A stretch of 64,000 bases of DNA from Paraspadella gotoi (GCA_051294375.1 CM119265.1:22394636-22458635); one strand, 5' to 3'; shown: positions 26,432-39,698, counted from the first letter of the stretch. Program-made: numbers and translations. Notes: generated by a model from the letters alone, not told the origin.

Positions 26432-27103
26432 TTTATTCTTCCTATTCTTTCTATTCTTTCTTCCTCCCCTATCTCGACATTCCCGGGCGATTTACGAAAA
26501 AAATCCAGACGGAATTCAAGCTCGGAATATCGCCTTTACCATTATCCCTCCATCAAGCCCTCTTCATCCTCTCTCCTCCTCCTTTTCTCCTCCTTTTCCC
26601 TTTCCAATTTCAAAACCCCCCCCTTTCTTTCCATTTCGCCCCCCCTTTTTCCTCCTTTTTTCTTCCTAAGCACCCTTCTCCTCCCCTTCTCCTTTTCCTC
26701 CACTCAAAAATATTCCATCCTCCTCCTTCTTTCCTTCCTCCTTTNNNNNNNNNNNNNNNNNNNNNNNNNNNNNNNNNNNNNNNNNNNNNNNNNNNNNNNN
26801 NNNNNNNNNNNNNTCAAGCTTCCGCCAAACTCGTTCTCACGATTTGACTTATGTTGCTGAAATAGAGGACGAAAAAACGGTCGTCCTTCTTTTCGCTGAA
26901 AAGCGGGAAAATTTTAANNNNNNNNNNNNNNNNNNNNNNNNNNNNNNNNNNNNNNNNNNNNNNNNNNNNNNNNNNNNNNNNNNNNNNNNNNNNNNNNNNN
27001 NNNNNNNNNNNNNNNNNNNNNNNNNNNNNNNNNNNNNNNNNNNNNNNNNNNNNNNNNNNNNNNNNNNNNNNNNNNNNNNNNNNNNNNNNNNNNNNNNNNN
27101 NNN

Positions 27104-27138
<35 letters not shown>

Positions 27139-30100
27139 GGTTGCAAAAATTGGCCGGGAAAAGACGGATGGATAATTTGAATAAAGTGAAATAGAGTTAA
27201 AGAGTTAACCGTTTTTTAAAAATGCTTAGCATAAAGACCAAATATATAATATGTTTAGAGCATTTGTACCTATCAGTTTAAGTTCAATTTTATTTGTATT
27301 AATTTACCATAAGCAAAAGCCTCCGCCTAACTTTCCTCAAATTTAGATTAAAAGATGTTAAATTGTTTATTTGTTAAATCTATTTTGGAAGCAAAACAAG
27401 ATCTTCTCTCTCTTTCAATTATGACGTAATTTACGTCGACCCTAAAATTTCTTTCAGAAAAAAAAATTTCCACCGGCCCCTTTAATAAATAATAATTCAT
27501 TTTTTTTTATTTTTCTCGAAAAAGAAACCAAAAATTATTGATAAAAGAAAAAGAAACTTTCGTGATGCTAATAGGAAACAACAAAATTTTTTTTCTAAAA
27601 AAAGAAAAAAAGAAGCCGCTCCACTCGATCTATATCAAAAAAAAGAACTTTCGGTAACTTACCGTCAAACAAAGATTAACCTACTTTCCTCCATCCCAGT
27701 CCTCATCCCACCCATCGTCTCCCCCCTAACGCCCCCCTTAATCCAGGCACAACACCGAGAAAGTGATCTACTTCCTGCTGTTGGACCGCAAACTCCGCCG
27801 TCCCTCCACCGACGACGAGGCGGAGGTGGCGGCGGTGGTTGGCGGCGGGGGCAGCGGCGGTGGCGGCGGCGGAGGAAGCGGCGGCGGCAGCGGAGGAGGC
27901 GGCGGCGCCAACCGGACGAGAAACTCGAGCTCTGATCCGCCGCGGAAACGCGTGGACACGGTGCTGCTCAATGGAAAGTCCTACAACCGATACAGGCGAG
28001 TTTGGGTGGAGAATGGCGAGGTGGGGAGGTGGTGGGGGTAGCAAAAGTGTGGTGTCGGGTTAGCAACTTAGCACCGGTAAGGTGTCAAGAAAGCGGGTAA
28101 GGTAATATGATTAATTAATTATGTTAAGGTTGATGAAATAAAAAACAAGATTCTCGGTAAAATAGTCTCTCTTTTGTTCTACTATCCATGGTCCTGCCAA
28201 TAACTCGCCTACACATCAATAATTATTTTTTTCTGGTGGAAAATAAACATGAGCTGTTAATTAGCGGAAGCGGCGATAAAGCTGTTGGTCAATGTTCATG
28301 TTTACCAGTTTTAATTACAGCTTTTGACCATTGACTGTTGTAATTGTCAGCATTTTGGATTTCCGTTAATTATAATGAAGCGCAATGCAATTGCCATTAA
28401 GAGAGGCAACATCGGCTCTGGCTGTTGACACCAACGAGACTAAAATAAGGTCCTATTATTTTATTTATTTTTTATTTATATGTATTTATTTTATCTTTAT
28501 TATATCTTATTAGCGGAGATACGAAAAAGCCATTTGGGACTGATTTTCCCTGAACGCCCAACTTCATCTTAAATTCGGAATTAAGTAAATTTTTTTTGCT
28601 AAAAATTAGGTTTGAGGTTAGAGATCAAGTTAGTGATTAGGGTTAGGGACTAGCGTTTAAGGTTAATGTAAAAAATTAAGGATAAGTGTTGAGGGTTAAT
28701 ATTAAGGATTAAAGTTAAAGAATGTTTTATAAATTTAAAAACACGAAATATGATTTCCTCGTTCGTCACGCGACTGGTTGAGCGCGCGTTATTTAGTTAT
28801 TAATATTTATATTTTTTATTTATTTATCATTGATAAATCAAGTTATTTATTTCTTTTTTTATCAATTAATTCATTCGTTCATTCATTTCTTTATTTTTCA
28901 TATATTATTTATACTGCTTTACTTCAATAATTATACTTTTAATTATTATTTTTTTGAAAGTCAAAAATGAATGTACTTTCGTATCCGTGTTGGGCCGCGC
29001 AGTTTCATTTCGCATTTCGCAACACGGGAGTTAGTGACCATTCCTCACCTCTCGTTCTGGATTGGCTGGATGCGACCAAGTCCAATGACCGTAAAGCATT
29101 TCGAAAAAGGAAACTAAGCGTTTTCCTAAATAGTCAAGACTAAAACGTGGCGAATTGGATAATAAAAGCAGACGTATATCCTTCACTATTTTTTTAAAAT
29201 TTAGATCGCGTTAAATTTTTCCTTCTTTTCCTTCTTTTTCTTTCTTTTTCTTTCTTTTTCTTCATAAAAAATCTCTTTTTTTTTTCTTCCATCGCGGTAT
29301 TATTCTTTTCGTTCAGTTGAGTTTGAATTAAAAGCAGAGAGAAAATTATTATAAGCTAAGGCCGAATTGTGTACATTTTTTTGGTCCACAAAAAAAACTG
29401 CCGTTTTTAACAAAAATATTTCTCTATGCATATAATTCTCTTTTAAAATTTTTCATTTGCTTTTTAAATTGTTAAAGTGAAAGATACAATTGGAACCCTG
29501 CTACGATTTACGCATAATGAATCTTACTGTAATTTTAAAGTAAGAAGACGAGATTGGATTTTTAACAATTCTACGATTTATTAACGTTAATAAAATAAAG
29601 GAACGCATGAAAATTACATGAAATAACACGAATATCAACGAATAAATCAACAAACTACAATCAATAAAATCTATGTCTAAACTACATCAATAAAAAATTA
29701 CGTCAAAATAACTACATCAATAAAAAAAACTACTACCCTCAACCTGATGCCCTTAAGCCGAGTTTCTACGAAGTACAGAGGCACCAAATTGAGGGTTCCA
29801 AAGAAATTACGAAGCAATCTCCGTGGCACTTGTCCTCCGAGGACGGCTCCGGCGTCGAAACGGTCGCCGCCTCCCAAAACCTTGTCGCCAACGCGCGCTC
29901 GATCTCTTCGTCCGCCACTCCGTCCACTTTCATCTTCTTGAAGATGCGAAAGTCTCGGTCGATCTTGTAGAATCGCCGATCGTGGACGGAATGGCGAGAG
30001 TCCTTGGCCAGCGTCACGAAGGCGAACTGGAGGGAGGCGGCTTTGAAGGAGACGTCCTCGGAGGAGTTGATGGAGGCGAGGGAGGAGTTCCGCGAGATGG

Positions 30101-32882
30101 GAGCTTCCTCCTCCTCCGCCAACCTCCTCATCCCGTAGACTCGGTATCCCCACTTCATCTCGAAGACGTCGATGAGCTCGACCGTCGACGCTTCGGAGGC
30201 GGCGACGACGACGCGCTCCCGCGGGCTCATTGGCTCGATGAGCACGCGTTTGCCCTGGAAGACAAAAGGGGAAACGAATTGATTAGACTGATGAAGATTT
30301 TTAAGGTTTTTTAATATAAGTTTTTATAAAAAAAACAAATTAGAAATGAAAACGTCAATATTTATTTATTTTTTTTTTAGCAAAACTTTTATTTAGTATT
30401 TTAGTTACATTTAAGTTTTTTGTCAGCTGTTTAACATTATCTTTTATTGCTTTGCGAAAATTAGTAAATTTAAAGTTATTGGATTCCTGATTTTAACTTT
30501 GATCAATTAGCAATTTGTTTCTCTTAGCGAAAAAATCTTAGTTTCTTTCATAATATTGAATTAGCCAATGAGAGAACAGAACCAGAATAGGAAGTAAACT
30601 AAATCGTTAAACCAATGAATTGTTTCAAAATCTAATTCATGATTCTGAAGATGGAGCAAAGTTGGGATAAAGATAACGAAATCATTTTACTAAAAAGGCT
30701 GTTTAGAAAATGGGGGGGAAACTGATATTTAAAGTTGGGTTTGGTTAATTTTCTTCATGATTGCTGTTTCTATGTAGAAACTTTGATAGTTTACAAATTA
30801 AAAAAAACTAGGCATTTTATAAACTGTTTAAAAAAAATAAATTGTTGGTATATATTTTTTCTTGAATCAAGTATATCTAGTGCGTTTTTTAAACCCTCTT
30901 AACTAATAATAATAGAATATATATATATTGCACATTCTAAAACTCCGAACCAGACACAATCACAAGGACTTACTTGGATGAAGTGGGGTCCAACGGAGAC
31001 GGCTTTCTCGGCGCTGTTCTGACCAGAAAAGTAGACGATGGCGAACTTCCGCGTCGCCTCCGACGCGGAGTGCATCTCCACGCGGGTGACGAAGCCGACG
31101 ACCTTGAAGTGGTTGGTGACGAGCCACTGGGTCGCCGACTCCGGGAGGTCGCCGACGAACAGCTTGGACTCGCTGCGGAAGGAGAGAGACTGGCGGACGG
31201 AGCGAGAGAAAGGCATTTTCTTGGTTGAGGTTGTTGAGAAGGAAATTTGAGGAGAGTTTGACGAAAATGTTGAAAATGCCGCGAATATTTGGAGGGAATT
31301 TTTATTTTAAATTTGCGAAGTTTGGGGAGTAGGTCAATTTAAAAGGTGATTTTTGTCAGCAGATTTGGCAAAGATGACGATTACCGATTAGTTTGTTTTT
31401 TTTTTTGAAGGAGCGAAAGGGAAATTTTATCATGAAAAATCGGCAAGGATCGAGTCATGGATAGAAATTTTGTGAATGTCATCGTCCTGTCAAGGTTCGC
31501 CTTTTATAGCGACATGGACATGGTGGCTTCTGGGGAAGAAGAGAGATTAAGCGAGAGAGAATAAAACAAAAGGCCGAAGTTACAATGAAACCGGAATCTG
31601 AGGTCAGAAAGGAGGAAAGGAGAGAGAGAGTGAAAGAGAGGAAAACAAAAGAAAGTCCGACGTCGGGGCAAGGGTGAGAAAACAATATACCTGCGTGGAA
31701 ACATGAACAATGACAAAAAGTGGCGGGTCAAGAGAAGCCGGTCTTGAAGATGACAACAAGAACGAACGGGACCGATGAAGGCAAGATTCGAAGATAATTT
31801 TGAAGCTCGTAATGATAAATTTATTTCATATCAAAAGTTTGATCCAATAATAGGCATCACAGTAGCACAAAATAGCTAAAATATTTGCTCAAGTGTCGAA
31901 CATTTTTTTTAATACCATTATTAATGGCTATTTTTAATTGTTGCATATACATCAAATTTTTTTCACTTCGGAACCATTTCTTACTTCAGATACTCAATTA
32001 TTGTAAAATAATTGAAGGAAACGGATTTATAAGGTTTGAAAATACAATTTAAGAATCAGTCAAACTCTTTCATGAATAGAAATACAAATCACCAGAATTA
32101 ATACCATATTTTTTTCCCCAAAAATCATGAACTCAGTTTTTTTTAAAAGTTAATAGCGAAACCCAAAATTTTTCCATACTCAATAATAATCTCGATCCTT
32201 CAAAAATATCAATAGAATGACAACCAATACTAGTTTTTCTCAAAATTAAAATAAATTTATCCACGTATAAATTATACTATAATATATAATATATATAATA
32301 TATAATATAAATATATAATATAAATTATACTATAATGCCCAAAAATACGGATTAAGGATTCTTCCTTGCCGTACTCGAGTTTTTAAATCTACATTTGCTA
32401 GAAATAGAATAAGGTACCAATAAACAATGAGTCGCTGAAAACAAAGTGAAACGTTCTTCTCCATTAATTCCAAATACATACAGATAAACCATAATGATTC
32501 ACTTTATCTAATCATTTACTACAGTCCATGAGAGTAGTAATAATTCCACGAGATCCATTTCTTATAATTTAATTTTAATACTTACGTACAAAGACGTACG
32601 TACAAAGACACAATGCTTGCGTTTAAGATCTAACCTCACTAAATATATTTAAAACTATCCCGTAAATAGTTTTACATTACTATGTGAGACAAAGTGTTCT
32701 AAATTTAAAATACATACATAGATGGTTGCATCTTAGTTCGCACTTCAAACTCCGATATTAAAGTCAATACGACATTTCTTCCTTGACGTCATCTATTTTG
32801 TATTTGACACAACAGTACTACATCACAACATTAAACCGTAGTCTAATTTAATGAAAAAAATTAATGTTTTATTTGAAATTAG

Positions 32883-32937
<55 letters not shown>

Positions 32938-33730
32938 ACGAAGAAGAGGAGTCATTTAAAGCGGCTTCATTTAAACAATGCAAGGATCGGAAATCTCAAT
33001 GATACAAAGGACGAGCTCGATGAATGGGTCATTCGTCACTCGACGGGGTCACGATCGGTCACGTGAGATCGAAATGAGTGTCGAATTTAATCCGTCCACC
33101 ATTTCGTCGTCGGCCGGGTCGTGTCTGATTCTTGCGCACCAGATGTTATTTTTTTATTCACTTCGATTTTCTTATCATAAAACCTCAGGATAGAGAAAGA
33201 GAGCGAGGGAGGAAGAAGAAAGGAAGGGAAGAGAACTAGAAAAAAAAACAAAAAAACTATTGTTTTCTTTGTTTCTGCAATATTTTTATCTCTCTCTCTC
33301 TCTCTATTTTTCGCTCCATAGTAGAAAACGGAAAAATAAATTTTGCTACGACTAAGAAAAAGACTATAATCATTAATTATTAATCAATGTCATGTAGAAT
33401 TCTACGGGTTTTCTTGTGCAAATTATAAATAGAGCAATTGAGCTGAATAATTACAGTATTTTTATTCTCGGCACAAAAAAACAACTAATTTGCGATCTAT
33501 AACAATAAAATATTAATATAGCATTGACAGACTGACAGTACGATTAAAAATTGAGTTAGTGATTAGGGGTTTAGTTATGGATTGGTGTTAGATATTATTA
33601 AAATTAAGTTCAGGCATTAAGGAGCAGAAATGGGACGATTTCTAAAATAGTATAATACTGTAATCTGGAAGTAACGTAAAACAGAAAAAAAATTAATCAG
33701 TGCAGGGACAAAAAAAGTGAGCTTTTACCA

Positions 33731-33796
<66 letters not shown>

Positions 33797-36727
33797 TATT
33801 ATCATTACCAATTATTATTTGAGATGCGACGCAAAAAAAAATTGTCATATTTTTCCCTCTAGTTACTTTCAGTCGTTTAATTTGTTATTTGTTTCCTATT
33901 TCGTTCGTCTGTATTTTTATGATTGGTTATTTTATTCATTCATTTAATAATTCATTCATTAAATTTTAGGGCAACGCAAAACCAGAGAATTCTCTTTATC
34001 CCTGTGTTTTCGATTCTGTACTTGTATGTATTTGATCTCTTTGAATAATTGTTTCGTTTTCATCTTGAGTTCAGCCACTTTACCTTACCTCAAAAAAGCG
34101 CCGCCGTTTGCAGGTGCCTTACCCCCTCGCTCCCTTTGTTTCTGTACCTCGGGTTCCAGGGATTAAGGTCAATTTGCGTTTTGAACTATTTCTTGTGGTC
34201 AAGCACTCCGTTAATATTGTTTTTTTTTTTGGGGGGGGGGTTTCGTTAGGAGTATTGTTTGTATTTTATCTATTGTTTCTTTTATTTTTGCCAATTTCGT
34301 AGAGATACGTTGCCAAGCTCGGTCAGTTTTTCTGTGTGGTTGAAGACGACGATATTTCAATTAAAATAAAAGTTTGATTTAGAAATAAAATTATACTAAA
34401 ATTTTATTAAAAGAGGTGATAAACTAGTTTATGGTAAAGTCGCTGACGCCCCCCTCCCCCGTTGCCATAGTAGTTATAATTTAGTGAAATTATAATTTGA
34501 GGAGTTAACTATAAGGAAAACTCTGAGATGGATGTTCGGAAAATATGGAGTATATGACGAAAATATTTTTTTATTAGCAGCTGCACATATAGTTTCTCGT
34601 TTTTTCTTAGCTCTATAGATCTATATATAACTTATATGTACTATAAGTGTACTTAGTTCACTCATTAAAATTAACTTCTTTTTTTTAAAAGTCTTTATTT
34701 CAAGAAAAGAGAGTTCTAATCTTTTATGATTTACGCAGTCGTCAGAAGTTGCATCATCAATCACGAAGTACGACGGGTTGAGAAAGAAATGCGGCGAAAG
34801 AAGGAAAGAGAGGGGAAGGGACTAGGAGGAAGGGAAAATGGGAAAAAGGGGAAGGGGATAAGGGAAAAGAAAAAAGAGAAAAGGGGGGAAGGAAAGTGTG
34901 AACCGAACCGCGAAGTGACGGGCGGGGGGGGTGGGGGAGTTTGGAAAGAAAAGGAAAAGCAGTGATTTAAAGAGTTAAGTACTGTGATGCGGGAGTTGGG
35001 GTTGACTGAAAAATGTCAAAAGTGAGAGAGAGAGAAGAGAGAGAGAGAGAAGAGAGAGGAAGAGAGAGAGGAGAGAGAGAGAGAGAGAGAGGAGGAATAG
35101 GTCAGAACGCCAAGAGATAAGAATAAATTATGGGGCCGAAGTTTCTTTGTTCGAATACTTTTTTTATTGGAAGTTGGTGGATGATAGAGTTGAGTTGGTT
35201 GGGGGGAGAGAGTGCGAGAGAGAGAGAGAGAGGAAAATTGTAAAGCGAACGAGAAGAGAAAATCAGGGAGTTAAAAAGAGAAAACAAAAGTACAAGAGAA
35301 AGTTGGAATGAAAATGGTAGAAATTGTGAAAAGGTTTTTCCTCTCCATTTGTGAGCAAAAATAACTACCGAGATTTTTCTAATTCCGTTCTAATTCCGTT
35401 CTTTCTCAAGCTTGTGTTTTTTTTTTTCCGCATTTCGCGTTTTCGTGTTATTGTTTTTGTTTGTTTTTTTTTTGTTTTGTTTTTTGTTTAACCAAACTCC
35501 TTTTCGCTCCGTTGCCCTTTTGTTTTGCTTAAGTTGGTTTCCGTTCGGCGGCGCTGCCGATCACCGAATCGTCGACGCGCACCGCGGGGCTGCGGCTGAA
35601 TTCTCCGTCGAAGAAAAATCGGACCGAATCTAATTTTGGATAGCATAACTCGACATGTGAATCGCAATGAATCGCGAATTGGGCAAGCAATTGCGTCTAT
35701 TATTAGTTAATCGCATTTGCTTTGTGATGCAATGAATCGCGAATTGGGCAAGCCAATTGCGTCATATTATTATTAAATCACATTTGCTTTGTGATGCAAT
35801 GAATCGCGAATTGGGCAGCATTGCGTCATATTATTATTAAATCACATTTGCTTTGTGATTGCAATGAATCGCGAATTGGGCAAGCAATTGCGTCATATTA
35901 TTATTAAACACATTGCTTTGGTGATGTAATGAATCCGAATGGGCAAGCAATTGCGTCATATTATTATTAAATCACATTTGCTTGGTTCGTAAGAAGGGAG
36001 AGATGGAACTGAAAGGTTATTTAGGAGAATGTGAAGAACGTGGAATTTGGATTGTTGTTCCATGAAATAAAAGGAATGACCGGGACTCTGAGGATTATAT
36101 ATGAAGATTAACAAAAGTGAGTTGAGGTATTAATTAATTTTATCCAACTTGATTTTTCCACAGAATCTACGACATTCCCAGTCTCGGTCCCCCATCACCG
36201 GAAGAAGATCGGAGTCGATGTCACCCAAGACATCATCCGTTAAGTCATAGCTATTTATTTATATTTTTTTATATATATGAATATATATTATATATAAAGT
36301 ATTTTTTCACGTTACCAAAAATCGGCGTTCAAGCGTCGCCCGTCCCTTGCAAGTTTGACGAGGGTAAAAACGAAGAAATTGTTTACAAAAATTTATTGTC
36401 ACATAAATACCCGTAAAACTCAAGTTGACTAATCGTTTTACAGCGAGTCAAAAAACGAAGTAAAGCTTGCTCAGAAGTCTCCCTCTAATTTTGGCGAGAC
36501 CGACAGACCATAAAATATTGACTGACGCTAAGGTCAATTAAAAGACTTTTTTAAAAATTTATGGTTCTACATTACACTAGGCCATTGGCAATTTTTTTTT
36601 AGTCATAGACAGAAACTTGGCAAATGAAAATCACGAGTAAATAAACTATCATTATGGTACCTAACATTTAAAAGACAGTCAAGAAATAACTAAGAATTCG
36701 AATAAAGAGTGAGGGAAAAAGACTTCT

Positions 36728-36794
<67 letters not shown>

Positions 36795-37093
36795 CTCTCT
36801 TCTTCTCTCTCAATCTCTCAATCCGCTTTCGACGAACGCCCATCGAAGGGAATTCTCTATTTCGTCCAACAATTAATTTTTTTACGACTCAATAGAAAAT
36901 TTCCCTTTTTTTCTCTTTTCTTTTAATCTCTCTTCTTTTTTTCTTCATAATTTTTTTTTTCATTTTATTTCTTCTTTCTTTTCCTCGGGTTCTTTTCTTT
37001 CTTGAGATCATAAATTTGAATTGCAAATATAATTCAGATGAATTCTTCTAGTCCCAAGGAAATTCTCTCTCCTCTCTCTCTCTCTCTCCGCTC

Positions 37094-37177
<84 letters not shown>

Positions 37178-38242
37178 CCTTCAGCGACATCTCGATGGCG
37201 ATGAAAAGAATCGCTTTCCAGTTTCTACCGACAGATTTTCTTCATCGTCGTCTTTATCGTCGTCGTCGCCGTCGTCGTTTTAAGGTGGGACGCTTTGTCT
37301 ACATTTAATTACTATGGTCGTCGTTGCGACGTTACCGTCCTTCTTTATATGAAGATTTATTCAAAAATCTAAATGTTGTCTTCATGATTCGTCTTTGTCT
37401 TCGTCTTCGTCGTTCCTCCAGCGCAGGTGCGCCAAGAGGGCATAAATGAAGTCGGATTCTCGGTCCCTGGTTTTGTTGAAGATTTCGTCGTCGTCGTCAT
37501 CGTAGTCGTCGTTGTCGTCGTCGTCGTCGTCGCTTTCCAGGTCTTCTCGACCTTCCACACCGACGAGTTGAAAATCTTGAGAGTCGCAATTTATTGATTT
37601 GCGTTTCTTTAAACCACATGACCAGTTGCTCACCACAACCTTACGACCCTTCTATTTTCAGCGACGTGGATACTGATCACTGATCACTGATCAGTAACTA
37701 CGTCACTTGGTCACCTCTTTGTCCTGTCCCTTCTTTTTTCCTTTTTTCCCCCTCCACTTTCTCCTTAAACATTAATAAACAATGTTCACCATTTCCTTTT
37801 TTTCTCCCTTGCCTCCTCTCTTCCCCGACCTTTTTCGTTTTCCTTTTTATTGTCGGACGAAAGTTTATTGTTTATACACATTTGGGTTGCGTTGGCTCGA
37901 TTGTTTTGCAGAATCCAGTGATGCCACGGGAACGGGAAAAGGATATAAAGAATTCGTTATTGTGGAGGCGCGAAAACGTTGAAAAGGTTAAAAAACGATA
38001 AAAAAAAAAAGCTTTAAAAAGAAGTAAACAAATGAAAAAGTACAAAAAATAGAAAGGAAAAAAAAAGGAAGGAGAGAAAAAAAAGTAAAGGTGCAAGAAG
38101 AATTAAAAAAAATATTAAACTAAAGGAAAGGTGAGACGAAGAATCTCACAATGCTTAACGAGCGGAAATTTTCTGGGATGAAATCCAACAAAGAGCGCAG
38201 CGAGAGCGACGAGAGGAGGAGTAGAGAAGAGAGATGTATGAG

Positions 38243-38281
<39 letters not shown>

Positions 38282-39615
38282 TAGCAGAAGAGAGAGAGAG
38301 AGAGAGAGAGAGAGAAGCGAGATCGATGAGAGTCGGATTCGCCAGAGGAAAAACCCTACGACATCTAGAGAGAAAAAAAAATAAGAAAGGAAACCCGTCT
38401 TTTCTTTTCTATCCGTTTCATTCTTTTTTTTTTATTCTGATTCTCTCTTTCTTCTCTTCTCTCTCTCTTCTTCTCTTCTCTTCTTCTCTCTCTCTCTCTT
38501 CTCTTCTCTCTCTTCTCTCTTTCCCACATCTTTCCCCTGCCCCTCCGTTTTAAATCAGGAGCTTTTCTTTGCCTCAGCGTTAGATGACGCCTAATTGCGC
38601 GTGAAATCAGAGACTTGTGAGAGATAAGCGAGGGGATGGGGTGTAGAAGAGCTGGGGCCTTGGGGATGGGGTGGAAGAAGAGTTGGAGACAAGGGGAATG
38701 GGGAGTAGAAGGGGTGCATTGCGGCCGGGGAGAAACGGATTAAGAAGAAAAAATGAGGCTATTGACAAGGGATGGATGAACAGTAGAGTGATGTGAAAAT
38801 ATCAAATTTATAAAAATTTTCATTTAGCATATAAACTTAAAAATAACAATTTATTAAATAACTTTGTAAATAGTTTTTAATTTATGTTTAACTTTAAGCC
38901 AAGTCAGCCATATTTATTTTTTTTTATAAAATGTTTGATCTGCAAAATATAATATAGTTTTATTATTGTACATAGTTGTACTGACTTTAAATTTTTCAGC
39001 ATACAATTATAGTTTTTTCCCATATGGGCCAACTTAACCATTTATCTTTTAAAAAAATTATAGATATTTTTTTTATTAAGCTTTATTAAAAATTTAAAAC
39101 ATAATAATCAGAATTTAAAAAAAAATTAAATTTTTATTTTAATATGGGGGTAAAATTCATTGATAAACAATGAATATTAATTATTAATCATCAGTACTAA
39201 AATACTGTTCAAGATTTAGCTGCCAGAATTTAATTCCAAACCTTCACTTCACCCTAATGAACAGAGGGTGAAAGGAAGGAGAGTGATAAATATTGGAAGA
39301 GAGGCGGGTGAAAAGGGAGGGGCGAGGGGCGAGGGGCGAGGGACGAGGGCGAGGGGCGAGGGCGAGGGCGAGCAGGGGCGAGGGGCGAGGGGCGAGGGGC
39401 GAGGCAGAGGCGGAGGGCAGCGAGAGAGGATGAGGAAAAGGGTAAGGGGTCGAAGAGTGATGGTCACGGTAAATAATGGGTAAGTTAGCTGAGGGAAAAA
39501 GAGAATGTTTTAACTGGTTTCAATGAGGGGGGACATTAAAAGAGAGACGAGGTAGTTAAAAAATTAATTAAAAGTGAAGAGAGAATAGTTTATAGGACGA
39601 GGATTACTAGGGGGA

Positions 39616-39698
<83 letters not shown>

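Noticed and set aside
29698-30314. Alternative ORFs overlapping the RRM exon 2 (+ 29823-30314, - 29698-30153)
   Set aside because: Shadow frames of a GC3-rich exon; only the 29766-30254 frame splices in phase with the RRM exon 1
35533-35633. GC island as a kinase exon after the GC donor
   Set aside because: All + frames hit stops without a convincing donor and there is no BRSK similarity; at most an unproven alternative terminal exon
35664-35983. Possible CRISPR array (palindromic ~66-bp period)
   Set aside because: The whole unit is repeated with no variable spacers; it is an ordinary minisatellite
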